A DNA stretch of 64,000 nt from assembly GCA_016180065.1 (NCBI GenBank), contig JACPBY010000005.1, forward strand, positions 5,541 through 69,540, in the 5' to 3' direction. Shown piece by piece: positions 46,201 through 56,661 of the stretch; within the stretch, counting starts at the first letter, position 1, and each line of letters opens with the position of its first letter. The notes below the pieces were generated by a model. That model did no database searches, was not told the DNA's origin, and saw only the letters and a list, made by a program, of their open reading frames with translations. The position numbers and the translations under genes are program-made. Source of the DNA: Candidatus Woesearchaeota archaeon (GTDB lineage: Archaea > Nanobdellota > Nanobdellia > Woesearchaeales > UBA10216).

Positions 46201-48150
46201 ATGGAACTCACAAAACTGCACATTGCCCTATCAGCCATAATTGTTGCAGCAGCAGCAATGGCTGTGAATACTGCTGCATACGGGAATGAAAGCATTGCGC
46301 CCATTGCAGGCACAATGGCACTGGCATGGCTGTCATACTCTGCGTTAGCCGCAAAGCTCGCTGCCAGGGATTTCACAGCAGCGTTCCAAAAGGCGCTCTT
46401 CCTTGACAGCCTCACATATGCCCCAATGCTGCTTCTCCCTCTTGCCAAGCTCTACGCCCCCATATCAACCCAAGCAGCAGCCATACCAGCAGCACTTGCA
46501 CTGGGAATTGCGATTGCCGCAAACATAGCAGGAAAGATAATATTTCTGCCAAAGAACATTGATGCCCAGCTTGACAATGCATTTCTTAACCGAAGGATAA
46601 AACTGGCTGTTGCTGCTGCAATTGCGCTTTACTTCATCTTCTTCGCTTCAATAACCGTCATGAAGCATGCCAGCTTCAATTCAACAGCATTTGACCTTGC
46701 AATATTCGACCAGACCACGTGGGGCTACTCGCAGGGCTACGGCCCGGGCTTTTTCAACACGGTAAGAGGCCTTGCGCTGCTTGGCGACCACCTTCACCCA
46801 ATACTGTTTATTTTCTCACCACTCTACAAGTTTTTGCCAATGCCAGAAGCGCTGCTTGTGCTGCAATCACTCGCACTGGCCATTGGAGCGCTGCCGGTTT
46901 ACTGGCTGGCCAAAAAGCGGCTAAACCCCGTAAGCGCAGCAGCAATTGCCGTTTCTTACCTTCTTTACCCTTCGCTGCAATACATCAACCTGTTTGACTT
47001 CCACCCAGAAGCATTCGCAACCCCTTTACTGCTGTTTGCAATCTACTTCGCTGACGCAAGAAAATATTTTTCGGCAGCCGTAATGCTGGCGCTTGCAGGG
47101 CTTAGCAAGGAACACATGCCGCTTGCCTTTGTTTCAATAGGAATTTACGTTTTCCTGCTGCACAAAAAGAGGCTGGCAGGAATGCTCATGGCTGCTACTG
47201 GAGCCATCTGGCTCTTTGCCAACTTCAAGCTGCTGCTGCCGCACTTCTCCGGAGGGCAGGCATACGGCTACATCTCCTGGTTCAGCTACCTTGGAAGCTC
47301 CCTGCCTGAAATCGCAAAGAACGCCCTGCTACACCCACAGCTCATCATTGGACATGCGCTTGCACCTGACAAGATTGTTTACCTTGCACTGCTGTTCCTG
47401 CCGCTAGGCGCGGCCATCATGATTGCCACCGGCCTGCCATACCTCCTCATGGCTGCACCCTTCTTCACAATAAACCTGCTCAGAAGCCAGAACCTCACCA
47501 CAGCAGCCCTGTACCAGTACAATGCAGAGCTGATTCCCTTCATTTATTTCGCGGCAATAATAGGAATGCAAAACCTCATGCGGCTCCTGAAACTGCTGAA
47601 GCTCAGCAACACAAAAGCCGCTGTTGCGGCTTTTGTGGGCCTGACTACCGCTGCTGCACTGGTGGCTTACGGGCCTTTTGCAACGATATACGACGTGAAA
47701 GACTTTGTGCCAAGCCAGCACACAAAGGCTGGAAAGCTGCTGCTGAAGGAAATACCGGCTTATGCTGCTGTCTCGGCAGACCCATTCCTCCTTCCCCACC
47801 TCACACACAGGAAAGAGGCATACATGTTTCCAAACCCTTTCAGCAACTTAATGTTCGGCTCAAAAGAGCCACAGCCATACCCTGAATATGTAGTCCTTGA
47901 CCTCAGCAGGGCAAGCCCCACATATAATGCAGAGCAATATGCAAAGTTCCTGTCAGAGTTCCTTAACAACGGCGATTACGGGCTGGCAAAGCTTGAAGAC
48001 TCCTACGCCCTGTTCAGGAAAGGCGGCAATTACAGAGATGGGATATGCAAGCTAAACACACTCTTCACAACTTCAACATCTGCGGCTATGAAAATAAACC
48101 TGGGCACTGCGCTGAATGAGGAAAATAGAATAATTTTAAAACAATGCTGA
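46201..48150 (+). CDS. DUF2079 membrane protein (putative GT-C)
   Basis: AFDLAIFDQ, LGDHLHP, LLVLQ, FDFHPE, KE, YQY. Confidence 0.85.
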   Translation: MELTKLHIALSAIIVAAAAMAVNTAAYGNESIAPIAGTMALAWLSYSALAAKLAARDFTAAFQKALFLDSLTYAPMLLLPLAKLYAPISTQAAAIPAALALGIAIAANIAGKIIFLPKNIDAQLDNAFLNRRIKLAVAAAIALYFIFFASITVMKHASFNSTAFDLAIFDQTTWGYSQGYGPGFFNTVRGLALLGDHLHPILFIFSPLYKFLPMPEALLVLQSLALAIGALPVYWLAKKRLNPVSAAAIAVSYLLYPSLQYINLFDFHPEAFATPLLLFAIYFADARKYFSAAVMLALAGLSKEHMPLAFVSIGIYVFLLHKKRLAGMLMAATGAIWLFANFKLLLPHFSGGQAYGYISWFSYLGSSLPEIAKNALLHPQLIIGHALAPDKIVYLALLFLPLGAAIMIATGLPYLLMAAPFFTINLLRSQNLTTAALYQYNAELIPFIYFAAIIGMQNLMRLLKLLKLSNTKAAVAAFVGLTTAAALVAYGPFATIYDVKDFVPSQHTKAGKLLLKEIPAYAAVSADPFLLPHLTHRKEAYMFPNPFSNLMFGSKEPQPYPEYVVLDLSRASPTYNAEQYAKFLSEFLNNGDYGLAKLEDSYALFRKGGNYRDGICKLNTLFTTSTSAAMKINLGTALNEENRIILKQC

Positions 48151-48166
48151 ATCGGCAAAAGCGAAC

Positions 48167-49216
48167 ATGAAAATCGGAATGGTAAGCAAGTACCCGCCAG
48201 AAGAAGACGGGATTGCCATATATGCAGAGAACTTGTGCAGGGAGCTGGAGAACGCAGGCGTTGAAGTGATAAGAATAGGGGACAAGGAATCGGCAACAGC
48301 AAACTACAAGGCTGATTTCAAGTCATTCTCACTAAAATCCCGGCTAAGGCAAATAACAGAAAAAGAAGGGCTTGACCTGCTGCACATACAATACATAGCG
48401 GCATATTTTGGAAAATACACGCTCAACCTTAACCTGCTGCTTGCGCTAAGCCAGAAAATCCCTGTTGTTGTGACATTCCACGAAGTGCACACCACGACAT
48501 CAACAGCCAAGGAAAAAGTGCTTTCATGGCTGCAGAAAAAGATATCCGGGAAAGCCTCAGCCGTGATTGCACACACACGGCAGCAAAAGGAATTCCTGCA
48601 GATGAAATGCGGCAAAAAACAGGCTTATGCCGTGCACATGGGAATCACTCTCAATCCCATGCACAGGCAGAAAGGCAAAAACATCCTTTTCTTCGGGATG
48701 CTTAACTACGGAAAAGGCGTTGAGCATCTCATAGCAGCAATGAACTACCTTCCCGGCTACAGCCTCACCGTAGCAGGGAAGGCAATAGGCAAGGATTACG
48801 AAGCAATAATAAAGGCAGCGGCAGCGGAAAACAAATTCGGCAACGTAAAGCTGGACATAAGGTGGGTGCCGGAGGACGAAAAAAGAAAATACCTGGAAGC
48901 GGCAGACGCCATGGCTTTCCCATACACATGGGCGCCGTACCAGTCAGCGGCAATGCACGATGCGTTTTCCTACGGCATACCTGCGGTTGTCACTGACGCC
49001 GGAGCCATAGGAGAAGTAGTGAAGGAGTTCATATGCGGAAGGATTGTTGAGCAAAGAAGCCCGAAAGCCATAGCCGCAGGAATAAAAGGAGTGTTCAGCA
49101 ATTATGAGACTTACCAGCATGGAATAACAAAATACAGGAACGAGGCAAACTGGGAAAGGACGGCAAGAAAGCATGCGGAAATTTACAACGAAGCCATGGG
49201 GGAAAGGCAGGCATGA
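48167..49216 (+). CDS. GT4 glycosyltransferase
   Basis: YPPEEDGIAIY, FFGML.YGKG, FPY...QSA. Confidence 0.9.
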   Translation: MKIGMVSKYPPEEDGIAIYAENLCRELENAGVEVIRIGDKESATANYKADFKSFSLKSRLRQITEKEGLDLLHIQYIAAYFGKYTLNLNLLLALSQKIPVVVTFHEVHTTTSTAKEKVLSWLQKKISGKASAVIAHTRQQKEFLQMKCGKKQAYAVHMGITLNPMHRQKGKNILFFGMLNYGKGVEHLIAAMNYLPGYSLTVAGKAIGKDYEAIIKAAAAENKFGNVKLDIRWVPEDEKRKYLEAADAMAFPYTWAPYQSAAMHDAFSYGIPAVVTDAGAIGEVVKEFICGRIVEQRSPKAIAAGIKGVFSNYETYQHGITKYRNEANWERTARKHAEIYNEAMGERQA

Positions 49217-50139
49217 CAGCAATGAGAAAGCCTTTCGTCGACATAATACTCCTAAACTGGAACAATTATGAACTCACAAAGGACTGCCTTGAATCACTGG
49301 AAGAAGTTGCCTATTCCAGCTTCAGGACAATTGTTGTTGACAACGGCTCTGCAAGCGACGTTCCAAAGCTGAAGGCGCTCAGGAAAAAAGGCTTCAGCTT
49401 CACGCTTATAGAGAACAGCAAAAACCTTGGCTTCGCAGAGGGCAACAATGTAGGGATAAGGCATGCGCTTGGCGGCAAGGCTGACTACCTCCTGCTGCTG
49501 AACAACGACACGGTTGTGCACCCTGATTTCCTAAGCTGCCTCGTAGCCGAGGCTGAGAAGGACAAAAAAACAGGCATAGCCTCGCCCCTGATATACTACT
49601 ACGACGAGCCAAAAAGGGTATGGTATGGGGGCGCAAGGTTCAACTTCTGGCACGGCGATGCAAGGCACGAGCACCTGAACGAGACAGACACCGGCCAGTT
49701 TGGCACAGCAAGAGAAACAGGCTACGGCTCAGGCTGCGCAATGCTTGTAAGACGGGAAGTGTTTGAAAAAACAGGAGTCCTGGATGCCTTCTTCTTCATA
49801 TACTATGAAGAAACAGACTTCTGCACAAGGGCAAGAATGAAAGGCTACGCCATCAAACTGGTGCCCGAAGCGAAAATCTGGCACAAGGTATCGGCCTCAA
49901 CGCAAAAAGCAAGCCCGTTCATGATAAGGCAGAACACCAGGAACAGGCTTATTTTCATGAGAAAGAACTCAAAGTGGTACCACTGGCCAAGCTTTCTTGT
50001 TTTTTATCTTGCAGAGCTGGCTGCCCTGATACTCTACAAGCTGCTGCGCGGCCAATTCCAAACGGCAAAAGCGGCAGTTGAAGGCCTGATACAAGGCATC
50101 AGGTACAGGAAAAGCCTCTCAGGAAAGATGCCCTGGTAA
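49213..50139 (+). CDS. GT2 glycosyltransferase (rhamnosyltransferase-like)
   Basis: LLNWN, VDNGS, NLGFAEGNN, LLNNDT, FFIYYEETD. Confidence 0.92.
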   Translation: MTAMRKPFVDIILLNWNNYELTKDCLESLEEVAYSSFRTIVVDNGSASDVPKLKALRKKGFSFTLIENSKNLGFAEGNNVGIRHALGGKADYLLLLNNDTVVHPDFLSCLVAEAEKDKKTGIASPLIYYYDEPKRVWYGGARFNFWHGDARHEHLNETDTGQFGTARETGYGSGCAMLVRREVFEKTGVLDAFFFIYYEETDFCTRARMKGYAIKLVPEAKIWHKVSASTQKASPFMIRQNTRNRLIFMRKNSKWYHWPSFLVFYLAELAALILYKLLRGQFQTAKAAVEGLIQGIRYRKSLSGKMPW

Positions 50140-50144
50140 AACAC

Positions 50145-50816
50145 ATGCCCCTCAAAAAAAACAACAAACTGGCTGCCGAAGCATACAACCAGATATTCCC
50201 CGGCTACCCAAAAGAGCTTGAAAGGGCTGTTAAAGGCTGCAAAACCCTGCTTGACATTGGCTGCGGGGAAAACTCACCGGTCAGGCACTTCTCACAAAAA
50301 CCTTACAGCACAGGGGTTGACGCGTTTGGGCCGAGCATAAAGAAAAGCAAAGCCGAAGGGATACACGACCGATACTGCAGAATGAACATCCTTGAAATAG
50401 GAAAGAGATTTAAGCCAAGCTCCTTTGACTGCGTGCTTGCCTCAGACGTCATTGAGCACCTGCCCAAAACAGAAGGGCTGAGGCTGCTGCGGATGATGGA
50501 GAAGATTGCGGCTAAAAAAGCCATTGTGTTCACGCCAAACGGCTTCCTGCCGCAGGGGGAATTCGGCAACAACCCCTGGCAGAAGCACAAGTCAGGCTGG
50601 ACTGCCGAGGAAATGAAAAGCATGGGCTATAGCATTACCGGAATAAACGGCTGGAAACCCCTCAGGGGAGCCTATGCGATGATAAAGCTCAGGCCAAGGC
50701 TTTTCTGGAGCCTTGTTTCAGACCTCACCCAGCTATTCACCAGAAGCCATCCCAAGCAAGCATTCCAGATTTTGTGCGTAAAAGAAAAAGGCGCAAAGCA
50801 TGACATCAGACTCTGA
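50145..50816 (+). CDS. Class I SAM-dependent methyltransferase
   Basis: LLDIGCG, FDCV, DVIEHL, FTPNG. Confidence 0.88.
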   Translation: MPLKKNNKLAAEAYNQIFPGYPKELERAVKGCKTLLDIGCGENSPVRHFSQKPYSTGVDAFGPSIKKSKAEGIHDRYCRMNILEIGKRFKPSSFDCVLASDVIEHLPKTEGLRLLRMMEKIAAKKAIVFTPNGFLPQGEFGNNPWQKHKSGWTAEEMKSMGYSITGINGWKPLRGAYAMIKLRPRLFWSLVSDLTQLFTRSHPKQAFQILCVKEKGAKHDIRL

Positions 50817-52254
50817 AACAGTTGTGCAGAACACAGGCTTCCTCCTTATAGGAGAGGTAACGACAAGGGCGCTCTCGCTCATGCTCGTATTTGCGATAGC
50901 AAGATACCTAAGCAATGTCGGGCTTGGAGCCTACTCGTTCGCATTCGCATTCACAGACCTCCTGCTTAACCTTGTTGACCTCGGAATACCGCTCTACATC
51001 AACAGGGAAATGGCCAGGGACAGGGCAGTAGCAAGCTCCTACCTGAGCAACGTGCTTGGGCTGCGCCTACTGATGGCACCGGCCGTGCTTATCCTTGGCG
51101 GCTTAGCGGCAGCGGCAGCGTTCTTCCTTGGCTTCATAACATTTGAAACGCTGTTCATAACAGCAGTTGCCATACTTGGCATGACACTGAACTTCGCAAC
51201 AGAGCCGTTCAGAAGCGTTTTCATGTCACATGAAAAAGGCTCATACTACTCAGGGCTGCTCATCTTCGAAAGGCTTCTGTTCACAGGCACAGGGCTCGGG
51301 CTGCTGGCTGCCGGCTACGGCCTCAGGCATGTCATAGCGGCGTACGCGTTCTCGCAGCTCGTGGCATTCCTCACAAGCACCTACCTTGTCAGAAAAAGGT
51401 TCTTCAGGTTCACGCCAAAGCTTGACCTGGCAGTTGTGCGGCACATAATCGGTAACTCCATGCAATTCTGGATGACGAGCCTGCTGCGGATGATTTCCCA
51501 GAGGGCAGACATAATAATGCTCAGCGTCATGCAGGGATTCGCAGCAACAGGGCTGTACGGGGCAGCTTACAAAATAACAGAAGCCCTCAGGCTCATACCT
51601 CTTGTCATAGTAACAGCATCATTCCCCACAATGAGCAGGCTGCACGCCCAGGCAAAAGAATCAGCCAAGCTGCTGTATGAAAAAACGTTCTACTACCTGC
51701 TCATCGCAGCAATACCCGCAGCAACAGGCCTCTCCCTCATTGCGGACAGGCTCATGCCCTTCCTTTACGGGCCAGGCTTCGCATCATCAGCAGCGGCATT
51801 GAAGCTGCTCATATGGGCAGAAGCACTCATATTCCTGCACTACCTCATGGGCTTCATGCTGAGCGCTGTCAACAAGCAGCACCTGTTTACCATAGTCACG
51901 GCAACATATGCAGGGGCAAATATTGCGCTGAACTTCCTCCTGATACCAAAGTACAGCTTCATCGGAGCAGCGGCAGCAGCGGTTGCAACCCAGGCAGTTG
52001 CTGTCCTGATGCTTTACCATTTCTCTGCCAAAAGCGGGTATGGCATAAGCCTGCCAAGGCTCATTTACAAGCCCCTGATTGCGGCAGCAGCCATGGCAGC
52101 AGCCATACTGGCAATGAACCAGCTGCACCTGTTCCTGGTTGTGCCAGCAGCGGCAGCCGTCTACCTCGGAGCGCTTACAGCCCTCAAAGGCATAGGAAAA
52201 GAAGAACTGGGAATTGTCAAGGCAATGATAGGAAAGGCAACGAAGAGACAATAA
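50800..52254 (+). CDS. Wzx/MOP flippase
   Basis: IARYL...G.Y, DLGI, DIIML, GLYGAAY, NFLLIPKYSFIGAA; ~14 TM helices. Confidence 0.92.
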   Translation: MTSDSETVVQNTGFLLIGEVTTRALSLMLVFAIARYLSNVGLGAYSFAFAFTDLLLNLVDLGIPLYINREMARDRAVASSYLSNVLGLRLLMAPAVLILGGLAAAAAFFLGFITFETLFITAVAILGMTLNFATEPFRSVFMSHEKGSYYSGLLIFERLLFTGTGLGLLAAGYGLRHVIAAYAFSQLVAFLTSTYLVRKRFFRFTPKLDLAVVRHIIGNSMQFWMTSLLRMISQRADIIMLSVMQGFAATGLYGAAYKITEALRLIPLVIVTASFPTMSRLHAQAKESAKLLYEKTFYYLLIAAIPAATGLSLIADRLMPFLYGPGFASSAAALKLLIWAEALIFLHYLMGFMLSAVNKQHLFTIVTATYAGANIALNFLLIPKYSFIGAAAAAVATQAVAVLMLYHFSAKSGYGISLPRLIYKPLIAAAAMAAAILAMNQLHLFLVVPAAAAVYLGALTALKGIGKEELGIVKAMIGKATKRQ

Positions 52255-52340
52255 CTCTGGGAAAATTTCGCAGGAAAGTCTGCTGTAGCCCACCTCTAAC
52301 CTATTAAAAGAGATAAAGATAACTGGAAAATTCTTAAATA

Positions 52341-52500
52341 AATCAACAACCCAACCACAGCAAGCTGCGGGGTATGTAATTCGTTGGGTTCAGGAGAACC
52401 ATGCAGGTTCTCCGTGCTCAGAACCGCTGCGGTTCTGACAGTTGGTTCTTCACAAATCGGGATGCGCCCCAGAGGGGCGAGGTAAACACCCATTGAAGAA
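52341..52500. repeat. Cluster of nested palindromes (REP/IS200-IS605-end-like, or a structured RNA)
   Basis: AACCCAAC/GTTGGGTT, GGAGAACC/GGTTCTCC, TCAGAACCGC/GCGGTTCTGA, CGCCCC/GGGGCG, TTCTTCA/TGAAGAA. Confidence 0.7.
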
Positions 52501-52747
52501 ATTTTACGTTTTGTTTCAACCTCATCGCATTTTAGCCTTTTCCCTCAAATTTTTCATAACCACAACCATGCAGCACAGCCCGCCTCCCAGGCAGCGGGAT
52601 CTCCACTGGTTTCTGAGGGCGTTTTTGCTGCTATTGTGAGTAAAATTCCGTAAAGCTTGCGGCGGTGACTGGAAGAATTACGTTTTTTCAATAGCATTGG
52701 ACACTGGACAAATGTGCGGCGAGGGTTTCTAAATAGGGGATTATAGC

Positions 52748-53595
52748 ATGATAAGAACAATGGACTCCAATCGAGCAGTCGCGGCATTTCAGGGAAAAGG
52801 CATCAGGAGAACGTGGCACAATGATGAGTGGTGGTTTTCTGTCTTTGACATTGTCTCAGTTCTTACGCATAGCGCTGATCCTAAACAGTATGCCAAGAAG
52901 ATGCGGAGCCGTGACCCTGTTCTGAATGCGAACGGGGTTACAATTTGTACCCCCTTGAGCTTCTTGCTCCAGATGGCAAAAAAAGAGAAACGAACTGTGT
53001 CAACACAGAAGGGGCGTTTAGGATCATCCAATCGATTCCCTCACCTAAAGCCGAGCCATTTAAGCTATGGCTGGCTAAGGTAGGCTATGATAGGGTAAAA
53101 GAGATTGAGAATCCTGAATTAGCCCAAAAGCGAATGAAAAAAATATGCCAAGCAAAAGGATATTCTGATGATTGGATTGAAAAAAGAGTAAGAGGCATTG
53201 CTATACGAGATGAGCTTACGGACGAATGGCACAAGCGGGGAGCAAAAACTGACACCGAATACACTATCCTCACCGCAGAGATTTCAAAAGCTACTTTTAG
53301 CATGACTCCGGATGAATACAAAAGATTCAAGGGGCTGAGAAAAGAGAACTTGCGTGACCACATGAACGATTTGGAGCTTATTTTCTCAATGTTGGGAGAA
53401 AGAGTATCTACTGAAATTACAAGGAAAGAAGATAAGCAAGGATTTATAGGAGTTGAAGATGCCGCTAAAAGAGGCGGAAGAGTGGCTGGCAATGCAAGAA
53501 AAGATACAGAAAAAGAATTAGGTCGCCCAATTACATCAAAGAAAAACTATCTTTCTGGACCAGAAAAGAAGAAAAAAATTGAAGACAAGAATTGA
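52748..53595 (+). pseudogene. Bro-N domain protein, frameshifted at a C5 tract (52950-52954)
   Basis: IRRTWHNDEWWFSV in one frame and RIIQSIPSPKAEPFKLWLA in the other; one extra C restores CTPLELLAPDGK. Confidence 0.85.
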
Positions 53596-53600
53596 ACTTT

Positions 53601-54734
53601 TCAGCCGACCAGGCCCTTGGACTTCAGCTCAGTGGTTGCCTTGTCAACCATGTCAACAGCGCTTGCCTTGTCTGCCCAGGAAATAAGCTCCCTCATGCCA
53701 TCCTCGAAAGAAACTTTCGGCTCAAAGCCAAGCCTGCTCTTTATCCTGCTTATGTCTGCAAAGCAATGCCTCACATCGCCCTTCCTGTAATTGTTCGTAA
53801 CTGTCGGCTTAATGCTCTTGCCGTAAATCCGGGCAATGGCCTCTGCAACAGCCATAATGGTTATGGGCCTGCCTGTGCCCACATTAAAAATCCCGTAATC
53901 TGCAGCCCCAGACTTCATGGCAAGCATGTTGGCTGCGGCAATGTCATGGACAGAGACAAAGTCCCTTGACTGCATGCCATCCTCAAAAATTATGGGAGGG
54001 CTGCCATTCTTGATGCGGCTCATGAAAATAGCAGCAACACCCGTGTACGGGTTTGAAAGGGACTGCCTTGGCCCGTAAACATTAAAATATCTCAGGCTTA
54101 CAGCAGGGATGCCATAAGCCCTGCAAACGCACAGAACCAAATCTTCCTGGGTTGCCTTGGTTATCGCATACACGCTTGTAGGCTGGAGCAGCTTGGACTC
54201 TGAAGCCGGAACAGGCATAAGAATGCTGCCGCAACCTGAACAGGAAAGCTCCCATTTCCGCTGAGACATCTGCTTCTCAGAGCGCAGCTCAGGAGAAACA
54301 GGCCCGCACTTTGAACAAGTGTAAGCGCCCTCCCCATAGCTGCTCATGGAAGCCGCAACAAGAACCTTCTTAACGCTGTGCTTCTCATTGGCGAGTATGT
54401 TAAGCAGGTTTGCAGTGCCATTCGTGTTTGTATCAACATACCTGGAAACCTCATACATGCTCTGGCCAACCCCCACTCTGGCCGCCTCATGAAAAACAAC
54501 ATCAACATCCTTAACCGCTTCCCTGAACGCGCCGTAATCAAGCACGTCCCCCCTGACAAACTCAACCTTCTCGCTCTTGTTCAAATAATCAGGAATTTTT
54601 CCCGCAGGGCCATGAATCTGCGGCTCAAGGCTGTCAAAAACCCTTACGGCATGGCCATCCCTGACAAGCTCATCCACAATGAAGCTGCCGATAAAGCCTG
54701 CCCCGCCTGTAACAAGAACCTTTTGCTTCACCAT
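53601..54734 (-). CDS. NAD-dependent nucleotide-sugar epimerase/dehydratase
   Basis: VTGGAGFIG, YAITK, RYFNVYGP, RDFV; carries a CxxC...CxxC insertion. Confidence 0.93.
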   Translation of the reverse strand: MVKQKVLVTGGAGFIGSFIVDELVRDGHAVRVFDSLEPQIHGPAGKIPDYLNKSEKVEFVRGDVLDYGAFREAVKDVDVVFHEAARVGVGQSMYEVSRYVDTNTNGTANLLNILANEKHSVKKVLVAASMSSYGEGAYTCSKCGPVSPELRSEKQMSQRKWELSCSGCGSILMPVPASESKLLQPTSVYAITKATQEDLVLCVCRAYGIPAVSLRYFNVYGPRQSLSNPYTGVAAIFMSRIKNGSPPIIFEDGMQSRDFVSVHDIAAANMLAMKSGAADYGIFNVGTGRPITIMAVAEAIARIYGKSIKPTVTNNYRKGDVRHCFADISRIKSRLGFEPKVSFEDGMRELISWADKASAVDMVDKATTELKSKGLVG

Positions 54735-54763
54735 ACAGCCAAATCCAGCAAAGGAGCAGTTTT

Positions 54764-55579
54764 TTAAATGTTTCTGTCACATCTCGCAAGAACCCAGAAC
54801 TTGTAGCCAGCCCTGCCGCTGTTGACTGAAGGATACTGAACCCTGCCATCCGGGCCTGCAGAAGCCCTTAACAAAGAAAAGCCTGCTGATTTCAAGCAGC
54901 CTATGAATTCCTCAGGCTCGTAATAAGCAAAAAACCTTGTAAATTCAACGCCATTCTCATCAGAGGTTTCCATGCACTCGTAAAGGTCTCTTGGCTGCCT
55001 GTCAAAAGGCGCCCTTGTCTTCACATACAAAATCCCATGAGGCGCAAGAAGAGCTGAGGCCTGCGAAAGGAAAGCAGGAAGCTGCGCTCGCGGAACATGC
55101 TGGACGGCTGTAACAACCCACAGCCCGCCATACGAGCCTTCCTCAAAGCCTTTCCCGCCCATGGGAAAATCACCAATCGATGCCTTGTAAAACATGCCCT
55201 CTACAGCATCATCTATTGAGCCAGCGTAGCCCCTTGCGCCAAGGAAACCATCAGGGTCATCCAGCGCTTTAAGAAACTGCGTAATCCGCGCTCTGCCCAG
55301 CTGAAGCATCCTTGCAGAGATATCAACGCCAACAGCCTGATACCCACGCTGGAGAATTGTCAGGACATCCCTGCCAGGGCCGCACCCAACATCCATAATC
55401 TTTTTTACAGGAATGCTGCCTGCAAAATCATCAAAAGGAGAGGCAATGCCAATCGCGTCTGTCCTTTCCTGAAAAAGACCGGCTGCCCTGTCGTAAGCCT
55501 CCCTGTTAATCCCCGCAACATCAGCACCCTTCCAAGGCTTAACCTGCCTGAATGCGCCTTCTGAGCTGTTTCCTGCCAT
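54764..55579 (-). CDS. Class I SAM-dependent methyltransferase
   Basis: IMDVGCGPGRD, GVDISARML, LAPHGIL. Confidence 0.85.
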   Translation of the reverse strand: MAGNSSEGAFRQVKPWKGADVAGINREAYDRAAGLFQERTDAIGIASPFDDFAGSIPVKKIMDVGCGPGRDVLTILQRGYQAVGVDISARMLQLGRARITQFLKALDDPDGFLGARGYAGSIDDAVEGMFYKASIGDFPMGGKGFEEGSYGGLWVVTAVQHVPRAQLPAFLSQASALLAPHGILYVKTRAPFDRQPRDLYECMETSDENGVEFTRFFAYYEPEEFIGCLKSAGFSLLRASAGPDGRVQYPSVNSGRAGYKFWVLARCDRNI

Positions 55580-55743
55580 TGCAATACCACCTCATGCCAG
55601 AAGCGCTGCCGCACTTTTAAATTTTTCGATATTTTAACCACTTGGCAGTCAATAAATAATTGGCTTTGCTGGCTTTAGGCAGCACAAAGGGAACACAGCA
55701 CCGCAGCAAAAGATATTTAACAGCAGCCGGATTGTTTTTCCCC

Positions 55744-56568
55744 ATGCAGTCAATAGCGTTCATTTACCGCTCAACCGGCAACGAAAGCAGGGAGCAGATG
55801 CTGAGGAAGAAAAGGCCAGCCTATTTCTCAAAGCTTGCCTGCCTCAAAAGCTTCCTTAACGCAGCCAACAGGCTGAGCGGCAGCGGATGCAAAAAGGCGT
55901 TCTACTTCCCGAACGACTCTCCCATCCCTGAAGACAGGCTGAGCCTGATGGAGAAATACGGCAAAATCATTGACATAGGAGGAAGGGGAAATGTTGAATC
56001 ATGCAGGTTCATATACGAGCTTGCAAAAAAGCAGGATACTGAATTCGTTTACTTCTCGGAAGACGACTACATTTACTGCGAAAATGCGTTTGAGTCAATG
56101 CTGGACGGCCTGAACAGCGTAAAAAGCGCCGACTACATAACGCTTTACGACCACCCCGACAGGTATGCGAACATACGCACAGAAGGCATGAAAAAAGCAA
56201 AGGTCTACACTGGCAGCTATAACCACTGGCGCACTGTTTCCTCAGCAACCATGACCTGGGGAGGAAGAGCAAAGGCATTCAGAAAGGACTGGTGGAAATT
56301 CCGGCTGTTCAGCCTGGGGGTTGAAAAAAAAGACGGCCCTGCCCTGAAGCTGCTTAATGCAGCGCTGTCGCTTGGCTACCTCTACCCAAACTGGGAGCAG
56401 AACGCATGGCACTTCATCCAGGGAATAAAGCCGTTCTACCTTGCCTTCCCGAAAAGAAAGCTCATAGGCAGCATACCCTCGCTTGCAACGCACTGCCACT
56501 CTGAATTCATGGCTCCCCTGGTAAACTGGGAGAAAATAAGCAAGGATGCTGAGAAGCTGAAGCTATGA
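55744..56568 (+). CDS. Putative GT-A fold glycosyltransferase
   Basis: VYFSEDDY, YDHPDRY, HWRT..S.TMT, PSLATH. Confidence 0.7.
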   Translation: MQSIAFIYRSTGNESREQMLRKKRPAYFSKLACLKSFLNAANRLSGSGCKKAFYFPNDSPIPEDRLSLMEKYGKIIDIGGRGNVESCRFIYELAKKQDTEFVYFSEDDYIYCENAFESMLDGLNSVKSADYITLYDHPDRYANIRTEGMKKAKVYTGSYNHWRTVSSATMTWGGRAKAFRKDWWKFRLFSLGVEKKDGPALKLLNAALSLGYLYPNWEQNAWHFIQGIKPFYLAFPKRKLIGSIPSLATHCHSEFMAPLVNWEKISKDAEKLKL

Positions 56569-56661
56569 ACCTGAATCATCGCTTCAAAGCCGCCATATCA
56601 AAATGTTTAAATAACAACCTCCCAATAAGCACAGGGTTAAGTTGTTAAAGAAGGGAAGTGG

